From Lenisia limosa (lineage: Eukaryota > Protista > Breviatea), in the NCBI GenBank assembly GCA_001655205.1, contig LPNZ01003347.1, positions 1-46,498 of the forward strand: 46,498 bases of DNA, written 5' to 3'. Shown one piece after another: positions 1-11,800 of this stretch; position 1 is the stretch's first letter, and every line of letters begins with the position of its first letter. The notes beneath the pieces were generated by a model, which ran no database searches, was not told the DNA's origin, and worked only from the letters and a program-made list of their open reading frames with translations. A program made the translations under genes and the position numbers.

Positions 1-1062
1 CCTCTCCATCCGAGCTTTCGACTCGTCCTCCACTGAGTACTCGTCAGTCACCACCGGTAGGTCGTGTTATCAGTCTGCCATGCAATAAAGGGGGAAGGCA
101 CTGGAGTTGATACAGTGCAATCAGCATCTAATAAAGGGGTGTTGGAGTTGATACAGTGCAATCGGCATCTAACATCATGTTTTGTGACTTCCCGGCCCCC
201 CAGGTTCTGTCTTACCCCCCCCCAAGGCCTCTGTCTTCCCNNNNNNNNNNNNNNNNNNNNNNNNNNNNNNNNNNNNNNNNNNNNNNNNNNNNNNNNNNNN
301 NNNNNNNNNNNNNNGACGGATTATCCACGGATGAGCTCTTCACCCTGGCGCTGCCGGAGCCTGATGACGGAAGTTTGCATGCCCCCGAGACTGCAATTCG
401 AGCCATTGTCGCCCCCAGGTACCCGGGGCTTGGGAGGGAGAGTTTTGGGGGAGATGTTTGTAGGGGAATAATTCCACGATATTTCATCGCAAAATTGGTC
501 GTTTTGATTTTTTCGGGCAATATCATAGAAAGGTCGGCTCTACACGATGAGGAGTTGTACCAGGGGTTTTGAAAGGACAAGAAATGTATTTATCGAAAAA
601 CATTCAGTAAACAAAAGATAAAAAAGAATCATAGGAGAGCGGCGGTGGAGTGGGGACGGACTGGAGGTGTGTTCACGACTTCTAGAGTGTTGCGGCGGGC
701 GGATTTAGACATACAGAAGGCTTTTGAGGCGGTGGCCTTGTCGGTGGGGCAGAAAACGGAGATCTCGGGGCAGCAGGGGCAAGAACAAAGAGAGGGCCTT
801 GGTGATGCAAGTTTAATTTGCACGTTGGTGGGGGCGAGTTGGGCAGGGGTCAAATCCCAAGGATTGTGGCGTGCCATAATCCGTGAGGTAATCCAGGTAC
901 TCTCGGAGGGAAGGGCAGACATGGCCGCGGAAGGTGATGACGGGGTCCATAGTCAGAGCACCGGATGGGGGCGGAGTTGTCGAAGTCGAAGTCGAGCGGA
1001 GTGTGTGGGCGACGACGGCGGCGGTCGAGCTTAGGGCGCTCTGGAGACAGAGAGGGAGACAT
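1..1062 (-). CDS. Probable multi-exon protein-coding gene, 5' part (runs off the window); product unknown
   Basis: GC-rich, protein-like minus-strand segments (MSPSLSPERPKLDRRRRRP, MDPVITFRGHVCPSLREYLDYLTDYG, ALSLFLPLLPRDLRFLPHRQ, PVVTDEYSVEDESKARMER) separated by GT..AG-like stretches. Exon chain not fully resolved and no family recognised. Confidence 0.35.
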
Positions 1063-1142
1063 CGAAGGGGAGATCGATTTTTTCAATTTTCGTTATTTCG
1101 GAAAAAACTTGCATCCGGAATGAAATAAGGGGGTTAGCTTTC

Positions 1143-1261
1143 GGCTACGGTCATACTCTGGGGGTCATCGCGCATCCCGTCCGCTCTGCGAACGCAAGCC
1201 CCAGCAGGCCTTGGTAGTACTGACGTCGGAGACGAGTCGGGAAGGCAGGGTACTGTAGTTT
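1143..1261 (+). rRNA. 5S ribosomal RNA
   Basis: ~119 nt, GGCTACGGTCATAC...CATCCCGTCCGCTCTGCGAA...TAGTACTG...GGGAAG...ACTGTAGTT. The 5' GGCUACGGU pairs with the 3' ACUGUAGUU (helix I), and an oligo-T run follows immediately. Confidence 0.9.
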
Positions 1262-1268
1262 TTTTTTT
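1259..1268 (+). terminator. RNA polymerase III oligo(dT) terminator of the 5S gene
   Basis: Run of 10 T at the 5S 3' end, followed by further T-rich tracts. Confidence 0.8.
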
Positions 1269-1619
1269 AGTTTTTTTTAATTTTTTTTTAAAAAAATTTT
1301 ACTTTTTTTTTTCTTTTCTTTTTTTTTTCTTTTCATTTATTTATTGACGTTTTTAGGTCTTCAGAGAATAATTCCATGGAGTAGATTTATTTTATTTATT
1401 GTATTCTAATGTTAGTAATGTAGTTTTATGTTGTACTGTAAACCTCGGTCCGGTACGTTGGACACAAATGATTCCAATACCCCAAAACATTTCCTACGTA
1501 TGTTCTGTAATATTAATGATAGAAGGAACACGTTTTATCAGAAAGAGTCATGAATCTAAACATACATAGGGAAAGAGGGAAAAGGAAAGCGTTCAATAAG
1601 ACCATAAACCAAACTAGTC

Positions 1620-2330
1620 CAGCTTGCGTGCTCTGTCCTTGTCGCGTGTGTCTTTCGAACGCTCGACACTAGAACCCAATTAGGTTACTGTTGGAGGGAT
1701 ACAATTACGCGACACCCACCATTGGTCCCATAGTAGGGTCTGTAATCCATTTGTGAACTAGTTGCCCATGAAGGAACTGAAACATCAAGAAATGCTCATC
1801 TTATGAGGAATTGAAGACCGAATGACATGACAGACGTTTTTTAAAATTTCCCTCTTCACCGGCGGGTCTAACTCCGATTTCATCTTTTATATCTGGAATA
1901 GGCAAGTAAAAAAAAAGGGCGGTCGGGAATTGAAAATAAGAAACAAAAGAAATCACATTCTTCCAATGTATTAAGCTGCTTGCTTAGTAGCTCTTACTCA
2001 TCAAGTCAGGGTTGTTGTTACAGATGAAGCGAACCAAAGTACAAATGCTGCTTAAAGAAAAGTTGGGAATGATGACTTCATCCTTGGACTCTTTTGTCTT
2101 CTCAATACTAATCATTTAGGTTTCCACGGCTGGCTTCAATTGATAATTCGGTTTCTTTTTGTACAATGGTACAAGCTAAATGCATGTGATATTCTGCCAA
2201 CACCGATACTACTTTCATTTCAACATATTTCAAATACTCTAAGATGACTCATTTCCTCTACCATCAATCACTACATGTACAAGTTGACACCTAAATCAGA
2301 AGACACGAAAGAGCGGTTCCTGGTCATTTG
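1620..2330 (-). CDS. Possible small or degenerate gene with BTB/POZ-like exon fragments
   Basis: Fragments CQLVHVVID, EYHMHLACTIVQK and ESKDEVIIPNFSLSSICTLVRFICNNNPDLM loosely resemble BTB strands and helices. A clean exon chain could not be built. Confidence 0.2.
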
Positions 2331-2343
2331 TGAAGGGTCATTT

Positions 2344-5300
2344 TCATGCAGAGAGCAGGCCAAGGGCTTCAAGAATCTTGGGGGCTAGACGTGATGTAGG
2401 TAATTTCCTCTGTACATTGTTAGAAACGTAAACGTGGGTTGGGCTTAAATGGTGAAAGACAGGACCTACGTTTCTCAAAGCGGTATAAAGGTCCTGAAGG
2501 GGCTGAGGGTTCACGCCGGCAGCTTCACCAAGCTGCAGGGTGAGGGTCTAACAAATTGAAATACACATATCATATAATACATGTAATAGATATTGAGTAC
2601 ACCACATTAATCCCTTACGTATTGCAATATCCCCCCATTAATCCCTTACGTATTGCAATATCCCNNNNNNNNNNNNNNNNNNNNNNNNNNNNNNNNNNNN
2701 NNNNNNNNNNNNNNNNNNNNNNNNNNNNNNNNNNNNNNNNNNNNNGGCCTTGCCACTGCCTGCTCCTGGAGGGAGTTGAGGGCCCTCAATGAGGGGGTCA
2801 CGACCTCGTTCATGATCTTCGAAACTGGCTAAGGGGGGTGAATGCAATAACTCTAATGAAATAATAGGCAAAAAGCCCGCTATTCTGTATACCCCATTGA
2901 GGGGAGACATGAAGATATTGAGTTTGGAGATAAAACCATGCTTCCTTCGTGGACACAATATAATCCTGGGGCAACATACCTCCCTCAAAGAGTCGGTGCC
3001 GATAATGGGATGCCACCTGAGGGCTTGGGCTGTCACCTAGAAGGTAAATATCTGCAATGAGGGGAAATAGAGAAAAGCCAAATAAATCAAATTGCCCAGC
3101 AGACCTTGACACAGAGCCATAATTTAACCAGTGCTCCGAACCGAATAAACAAATCGTCCGCAGCCACACTTTGGGAAACCTGGGGGAAAGGGGGTCAACT
3201 GCTTTTGGATTTGAAAGAAACAAGACGGACAAAAAACCAAAATATCAAGGGGTTGGAGGAAGAAGAAAAGGTACCAATCATCAACATGCAATACACATTA
3301 ATAAAATCGAATTACCCTCACTCGAGCTTTGGTTTCTTCACAATCAAGGCGGCTCAACACGTTTGTGCGGATAATCTACGGAATAAGAGGGTAGAATAAG
3401 ACGATTTATCTGTGAGCCCCCCCTCGTACGTTGATATATGAAGAGTTGACCGGACAGTAGGCCTCAAGCGTCTTTGCTAATGCAATAGAGTGTGTCGTCA
3501 TTGTCACACTACTGAGATCGTACCTGCCAATCGTAAGCCATTGGGGGAAGCGCTGTCAAAGCGAAGGGTAATGATGATCTCGACAAAGAAGAGCGAGAAT
3601 CTTACCATCCATCCATTGCTGTTTCGAGTTTCGGCACAACAACGCTAGAGCAAGTAAGAAATTGATAGGGAAACTTTATTGCGTAAAGAATACGATAGCT
3701 CACGCTTCCACGACTGCCGGCAGCAGGTTAATGTCCTCGTCATTTTCGGTCATGTCTCCTCCGTACGCCAGGAGCGACTGGTACCAAGGGTACGACTCAA
3801 AACCAGGCTTGGAGGGGCTAAGCGGTCACAATGGACATCACCAGCTCGACAGGAAAAAGGGGAGGGGGAAGGAAAATGTATATATCCTACTGAACATTCC
3901 ATGGTTTGCTGATATTAATAGTGCCCCCCCCCCACTCCAAAATATCAACGTCAACCATTGCACGACGAGCGAAAGGACTTGCCAAAAGAGGCAAGTGGGA
4001 TGACATGAAGAGGTTGGAGTAGAGCTCCGGTTCAGCCAGTTTCAGATCCTCGCACCTAAAGAGTGACGGGGAAATTACAGCATTAGGGCAAAAGTAAGAA
4101 GGAAGTGAAACATAATTGTCAATAAACGATGTCAATGTTTCTGTCCAAACTTCGTATCACTTACACCCAATATTCAAGAATATTGATTGATAGTGAACAG
4201 GCTTACCTTGATAGAAGGTCGGACAACTCTGGTGCCTCTCCACCCTCTTGAGAGCCCCACTTGGCCTCCAAATCACTGGCTTCATCATGAATGTTATCCT
4301 GGGGGGGGGGGTAAAATAAAGGAAATTTCGATNNNNNNNNNNNNNNNNNNNNNNNNNNNNNNNNNNNNNNNNNNNNNNNNNNNNNNNNNNNNNNNNNNNN
4401 NNNNNNNNNNNNNNNNNNNNNNNNNNNNNNNNNNNNNNNNNNNNNNNNNNNNNNNNNNNNNACTACACAAAAACAATAAGTAAAATACGCGCAATCAGAC
4501 AACAAAAATTCTATTCCCTCCAACAAAATAGTTCTTCAAGTCTTCCTCCTCTTCTTCATCCGATTCAAGACCTTCCTCTTGGGGGTTCTGAGAGGTAAAT
4601 CGGTAAAATTCACAGAATATAAAAGAAGAAGAGAACAATACTATAAATTCAATCAAATATTACATGGTTGATTGTAAATTGTGTAAACTGGAGGAACAAT
4701 ACCCACATTGACAAGAACTTCTTGAGGACGGAAGTTACCTAAAACGAATAAGACCACAAAAAAAAGCAGTTTCAACGAAAAAGGAAAGAAAAGGTGCAGT
4801 GTTAAAAGAAAAGGTCAAAGAGGGAGGGGGGTGAAACAAGGCATCAGCTTACCCATCATCATAGAATCGAGTTCCTTGTGCGCATCTTGCCTGTACGCCA
4901 CCAAGGCCTTGAACCGGTCCTTGCGGAAGGCCGTGACATTGAGACCGTGCACTTCGGTTTCTTCATTCTAGATCATAAGATCAAATCACAGCAGGTGTCC
5001 ACTCAGTCAACCCCCCCAAACTGTGTCCACCAAAGTAGAGAACATCTGTTTAATGAAGTCCACAAAACTGAGACGGTTCTTCTCCCGCCGCTCCTCTTCA
5101 ACCCTCCGAGCCTCCTAAACCAATGACGATGGCTGATCTCTTTTTGACCCTTTCAATAAAAAACATATTAAGATCTAGAGTCAAAACCCCACGTATTCCT
5201 CCTTTTCTTTGATGCCTTGTGCAAGCTCTTCCTTGGCTTCCTCCATTTGTGTTGCCAACTAAGAGGTTAAACAGAAGCTCAACATGCGGAAATGAGAAAC

Positions 5301-7250
5301 AAAACAGAAGTTGGCCGATGCCGCAGTAATGGTACAAGTGATGCCGATAATAACTTCGAGTAATGGTGCAGAATTCTCAGGCCAAAACAGGATAGCGATA
5401 TCTTGAAACCGTGAAGAAGCTCACATGGGTCTTTTCGAGGGTCAATTGCTGGACATGGTTCGCAAAGTAGAGCATACACTCGTCCTCACTGGAGTAGTTG
5501 GCGACAGTGTAAAAGATGGTAACAACAAGCAAAACTCACAACATCAAGTTAAATCTGTACAAAGACCACAATCCAAATGCCTTCAGTAGCAAAAGTGAAA
5601 CAGCATATTTGCGATTTCTGGCCTACTTGATGGGGTTGTATGTGGCAAGATTGCCTTCATCCAAAGGATTGTCCATGTAATTGATTGCTGTTCGCACGTC
5701 GTTGGCTGACCAGCCTTCACCACCCTGCGAATAATGAGGAATGTAGTTGTGTCGGACCATGCCAAACACAGGGTGTGTTGAGCGTTTTTTCATCCTCCAA
5801 ATAAGAACTCATATTTGTACCTATGCAGCAGATTACCTGTTTATCCATTCCTTCCTTCGCTCCTCCCTTTTTGATCTGCTCCGCTTCCCATTCTTGGAAG
5901 TCATCATCCTGTGTTGTCAGCAGACAAATAAGAATTCAAATTTCATCATTTGATCAAAGGCCAGAGCATGAGAGTATCAGCAGGGACATCTCTCAAGATA
6001 TCTTCTCTGGGCTATTAACCTGAACGAGCATACATTGAGAGCCGACATGTCAACATCTTTTGGTACTGTCGGTTGCTCTATGTTACCGAACTTGATCTGA
6101 AAACAGTCAGCACTCCAGAGCTTTTATTGAAAGGGATAAAACCATACGGATTTCTTTGATGCAACTCGGCCCTGTGCTTTTCGCCTCTTCAAAAGGTGCT
6201 CCTCCTTCCACTGCTTAAATTCATCCCCCTGCAAAAGTAAAAACAACAACAAAAAAAAAACTTGACATAACAAAACTTGGCCAAATTAATTAAATTCGAC
6301 AAAAGACTCGATAATAAGACACATACAGAAACATTTGCCATTCCACAAGACCTCAAACCTCAAGATTCTGCGGTAACGTAAGACCCTCTGGAATAACCGA
6401 CTGAGGAAGGGCGTGTGCGAAAGGAACCCTAAAAAAAGTTAACTCAACCCACGCTTGAGAAATAAAGATGGACTTGATAACAGACAGAAACACAGCTACC
6501 CCATGCAACGTTTTTTCTGTCTTTGGGGGGCTTTGCGGATCTGGCATGGGAGGAGGCGCGGATTGTGCCGCCTTGAGAGCAGCCAGACCGGCAGCGGAGT
6601 AGTCTGTTGCGGGTGGCGTGGAAGCAAGAGTGTCTTTGCGGACCTCGGGTCTGGGGGGGGGATAAAACATGGAAAAGCTCTTTGGCGGGAATTGTCGTTC
6701 TGGAGCGAAGACAGTGCAGAGAACAATTGAATAACAGCAGATAATAGAGAATTCAGAAAAACAAGATAGGTTCAAAGGCTTCTTCAAGATATAAAAGAAT
6801 GAATGACAAATAGAAGATGGCTGCACCATATGTCAGCGATAAAAACTCGATGCTAAGAACGCCGTCAGTAAATCTGTAACATTGACAACATCATAGCATG
6901 ACATTGAAAATTGTAAAAGTGAAGACTTTCCAAAATCAGTTGCAAGTCTCATTGAAACTTATTTTCAAGTATTCTTGAATCCTCCTACCCTTTTTGATAC
7001 TTTAGACTGGCTTTACTTTTGCGGATCTTGAAGACTGGCTCAGCTGCCTCTTCATTGCTGTCAAAATCCTGCTGGTGTAAAGATAATCTAAATATTCGCT
7101 GGTTCAAAAATGCGATCTAGAGTCATCTACTCAAGAGCGAGGGAGAAGACCAACATTGGAAGCTAGGGTGATCTTTCTGGTACTTGCAGACTTTTCTCCT
7201 TTTTTCCGTGGCTTCCTTTGTTTGATTTGTATTTCACCACCATTATCCAT
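2344..7250 (-). CDS. GCFC-domain protein (PAXBP1/GCFC2/ILP1/Ntr2-like splicing/transcription factor), about 20 exons
   Basis: Spliced exons give DFDSNEEAAEPVFKIRKSK, DDDFQEWEAEQIKKG, RLSFVDFIKQMFSTL, FKALVAYRQDAHKEL, EPELYSNLFMSSHLPLLASPFARRAMVDVDILE, PGFESYPWYQSLLAYG..DEDINLLPAVVEAVVVPKLETAMDGWYDLSS and RFGALVKLW, which match the GCFC family motifs in order. The 3' end is less certain. Confidence 0.8.
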
Positions 7251-7419
7251 GGTTATTAAACACTTACTGATTCAAAATTCAAAAAGGCCGCATTCTGGGA
7301 AATTGCAACATAATATCCAGATTATGTAATCTACGAACTTAGAATTTAGGTTACCACAGTTCAGTTCATTTGATATAAAAATCATATTCCTTTATTTCCA
7401 AAAATCCTCTCCTTTATGA

Positions 7420-8370
7420 TGAAAAGTCATGGTAAGCTGTTGGTCGTTTGTATTTGTTTTGAGCGAGGATGAATTGTGGTTTTTCCGCACCATTCGCAGA
7501 CCCCCCTAAGTGGAAATTCGTTTCCGTGTGCAGGTTCTGCCTTCCTTAGTCTGAGCTCATGATTTCTTGATCCTTTACTTTTTGTCCTTACTTCACTAAT
7601 ATTTCTAGAACGTAAAAGCAGTGACTGAAGACGTAAATGTCCTGAAAACCTCTTTTATTGTAAGCAAAACGAGATGTTGAGTTAATTATTGAGCGAGGAT
7701 GAATTGTGGTTTTTCCGCACCATTCGCAGACCCCCCTAAGTGGAAATTCGTTTCCGTGTGCAGGTTCTGCCTTCCTTAGTCTGAGCTCATTTGCTTTTAT
7801 GACCTTTTCTCTTTTCTTATGGCTTCTCACCTTATAGCTTTCAACTAGAAGTACCTGGTAATCAGCCCTCAAGCGACGGCATTGAAGCTTTTCAGGTATT
7901 CTTGGCTTCTCTTATGAGCCAAATTTTCTTTTATGAAGATAAACAACCCGCAGCATGATATCTATGATTGCGCACACAACCAAGATCTCTGAAAATTATC
8001 CATCCTTTTCCTTTCTCTCCTTGTGATCAAACACTCATTGTTTTAGGCTTCAGCCAAAATGCAAATGTCAAAACGCACAACACACTTTTGAGGTTAGTTT
8101 ATTACCATTCTGCAAACCCATTTTTGCCGTATGTTGAGCTCTTTTTGCATGAGACTTTCATGATTGCTAAAGTAATTAACTTTCGTTCTACTGAAGGAAA
8201 CAATTGGTCTTGATACTCCAATATCTATTCTTTGGTCTCACCCTCCAGGTTGCTCCGCATTTAGCACCTGTCGTCCTAGTTTGGACCATTCGTTTCAATA
8301 GATTTCTTTTAGTTATTTCTTTTGGAATTGTATTGGTTTGATTATCTGTAATGTTTTCCATTTCCTCCAT
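7420..8370 (-). pseudogene. Degenerate ORF remnant, possibly Mutator/FAR1-like transposon-derived
   Basis: MEEMENIT...RTTGAKCGATWRVRPKNRYWSIK, then a shifted frame with VNYFSNHE (loosely FAR1/WRKY-like C..W..H), and a C-terminal CEWCGKTTIHPRS zinc-knuckle-like motif present twice. Stops and frameshifts lie between the pieces, and no DDE core is seen. Confidence 0.25.
7459..7790. repeat. Perfect ~102-bp direct repeat (7459-7560 and 7689-7790)
   Basis: TTGAGCGAGGATGAATTGTGG...CTGAGCTCAT occurs twice with a period of 230 bp. Confidence 0.95.
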
Positions 8371-8876
8371 TCTTAATAAAGAGCGGGGGAACCTTGGAGC
8401 CTCCCCCTATAGGGTCACCAGATTAGCTTTTGCTCTTAACCCCCCATACCAGGTACCTCTTCTCTTGTCTAATGATATATGATATAGTATATCGGTGTGC
8501 ATACATATGATAGTATATATATATTATACGTATAATAATACATAGAATGTGCTGTATACGTCTGATCTGTATGAATTGGAAGATATTATCGCGTTTGTCA
8601 ATGTGCTGAATTCACTAAAGCTTATTCACCATTTTCATATGCAACATGACGCATAGCTCCAAATCAATTTTTCAGCTTTGCATTACACCTCTCCCGCTAA
8701 TCAGGATATCCGGCCACCCAAAACTGTTACTACCATATAGCCTCTGTTATAAGGCTGAAACGTTGAAAACCCTCTATTTACAACAACTACTACTATACAA
8801 CCTAATAACAATACTCAACTGCAATATAATACAAACAATCAATTGGGTGATTCAGATGGCGGCGCTGGGGATTCGG

Positions 8877-11800
8877 TCAAGTCGACGGCTTCGATAGCTG
8901 ATATGAAGGGTTGTCCTTGGCAAGAGCATCCATCACCTTGAAAGTGAAAACGGTTTGGGATCAACTATTCCCCGCGCCTTCACACCTCTATGAGCTGAGG
9001 GAACGTGAAAGACTCCTTCTGAATGTCCGGGGCCTCCAAAAACGCCAAGAGATGGAATTGGAAACAGAAAGACGGCTAAAGAGAATGGGGAAATGAGAAA
9101 CACAATCAAGTATTATTAAAGTCAACCAGAGACGCATCCCATCATGGTGATGCGGACCCCCACCTGAGGCGCAAGGTCGGACAGAATTACTGTGATTTGC
9201 TCTCTTGCCTGCAATTATAAGATCAATAATGGAGTGTGCATAGAAATGCAGAGTAACCATTGCTATCCAGACACACCTCAGTAAGTTGATCCATAGTAAC
9301 AATTGGGGGTCGTCTGCTCAATTCTGAAGTGGACTGGCCCTTTTTGGTAAGTGAAAGCTGAAACGTGCCCCTTGATCTTTGTTAATATTATCAGTTTACA
9401 ACTCAATGCCTTCCAAAAGACCGCCCACCATCATGATGTTGACGGCCAATTTGACCCGGCCCGGAGCCTCGGAAATCAGGGCCCGACTATCTGAAGAGGA
9501 CAACGGCGGCGGTAGTGGCCTATTATTGACTGGGGGGTTATGGGAATTATAAAACCTCTTTGCCAAAGCAAGTCAATTCTTCTCCACAATTTCTCTGTTC
9601 GTACCCCCAAGACCAAAGACGTGTGACCCACCTGCTGAGCGGACCAAAGCCGAAACGGCTTTCAGTCCCCTCTTGACAACTAGGGGCAGACCCCCGGGGG
9701 CAAGGCCAAAGGAACCCGGGTCCTCAATAATGGGCAGGGCTATTCGGCTGAAAAGTAGTCGTGACGTCACTGAATAATAACGTAACGAGGGCTTTTCTTA
9801 ATATTGAAAAAAGAACATAATAGTGGAAAGAACGCTGATTTTGGAATTAGCATGGAGACGATTAGGATAGACCAAACCTTCAGGAGTACTGGAAGGGAAT
9901 CTTGCGTTTTCATCGTTGTTTACTTGCACTGCCAAAGAAAAGATCGGTCTACAGAAGGTGAGAAACTGGATCATAGAAAATACTATTATGCTAAGTTCTT
10001 AAATTAATCCCACCAAAGAGCATGAAACCCCTCTCTTATATCCACCCACTCCGGCAGCAGGGGGATGGCTGAGCAAACATCGTCAATGACCACTGACGCT
10101 AGGCTGCGGGATGAAACGATATCGAAATGAGGGTTTCATAAACAAAACAGTTAAATAGAAGCATGAGGGTTTCATATGGTGGGGGTAACAGTACACGCAG
10201 CACGTGACCCACTTTGCATAGACCGAAGGATGGTGTCCTCCAGGCGGCGGCGGAGGCGGGTTCCCTGTTCGCCGTCCTGTACTCGGGATATAGGGCTTCG
10301 TGGGGGGGATAGAGAGGACCTGGGGAGAGTGAAATGCATCCGTGTTGTAAATCGCTATATTTCCTAGTGCTAAAGAACTATCGATGAAAGGGTACATGAG
10401 GCCACGGACCTTGACAATAGTGTCGAGAGTTGGTTCGAGAACCGTGCACCAGAACTCATGACAATGCATCATGGTGGCAGTTAGCACCAGGGTCGAGGCA
10501 AAGGATCCACTTTTGAACGCCTGGCGACTTAACGCTACAGCATCAGACAAGTTGAACAGCTGACAAGTTGAACAAGCAGTTATCAGACAATTTGAACACT
10601 NNNNNNNNNNNNNNNNNNNNNNNNNNNNNNNNNNNNNNNNNNNNNNNNNNNNNNNNNCCGCCGTCAGCAGCAGCCGACTCAAGTCCGCTATCTGGAGGGG
10701 TAATGCAAAGAAAGCCAATACTAGTGCCCCGGAAGAAGGGAGGATACCTGGTGTGGCTCACGTAATTTCTGTTCATATTGTGCTGTGCGGAAATATTTAC
10801 TTATGCATGTACAAAGTATAACATGAAATATATGATATGTATCAAAGCAACAAACACACTTGTCATCACCTGCCTCCCCCCCACCTTGTCACTATTTCCT
10901 CGGCTCAGCTCCACTCGAGCTAGAGCCTCACCGCCAGCGCCGCAATAAGAAAACAGCGCCTCGCCTGAAGGGTGAATGTGCTGATTACTTTTGATTGGTA
11001 TGTGAGTTGGAGATTATTAGACAAGAGGCCCACCGAGGGGGGTCATAACGGGGCTGCTCGGAGCAGTGTACATTTTGTCAGTGACATAAGCAGAAGGTCG
11101 TTTGGAGTGGAACGTCTGGGGGTTAGTCGAGTTTAGAGTGGTGTACATACAAAATCAAAAGATTGAAAGCGAGAACTAAGATAAAGAGAATTTGACCAAT
11201 ATGAGCTTAGCGAGACAGCATACCTGGTTGGAAACGGCCTGCAAAATTCCGGTGAAAATCGTTTCTCGTGCGTCTATTTCTCGAACCTGATGAGTGAGAA
11301 TCCACATTTATCACCAAAATACGTATTATTTGTGCCTTTCTGGATGTGATAATTTGCTGTCTACCAAAACACTCTCAGCTGTATAACACNNNNNNNNNNN
11401 NNNNNNNNNNNNNNNNNNNNNNNNNNNNNNNNNNNNNNNNNNNNNNNNNNNNNNNNNNNNNNNNNNNNNNNNNNNNNNNNNNNNNNNNACATGGAGGGCT
11501 GCAATAACCTGGAAAGTTAACACCGGAACCCCTCGCAATAAGTAAAAATGTTGTAATTCACAAATGCACAAATGCACAAATGCGAACACTTACTGCTGTA
11601 TTAAAAAACAATAAAAAAAAAACAGGAAGTCCACCCAGCCCACTTCCGCATTAGAAGGTATCAGAGTCTCAACCGGGAGATCCAGGGGCGACGTAGAGGA
11701 TATCTCCTGTGGGGGGGGGGAGTAAAATGGAGATTTAAGAAACACAAAGCCCAAAATCAACTCTGTTGGCTGACAACACACGAGGGTTGATAACAACAAA

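Noticed and set aside
2800-5300. Retroelement suggested by fragmented minus-strand ORFs
   Set aside because: No RT or integrase motifs; the fragments splice into a GCFC-domain protein.
5821-5836. 16-nt intron GTAATCTGCTGCATAG in GCFC
   Set aside because: Splicing it gives an immediate stop; a ~115-nt GT-AG intron from the same donor restores the frame.
8408-8422. hAT-like TIR motif TAGGGTCACCAGA
   Set aside because: No matching inverted partner or 8-bp target duplication was found nearby.
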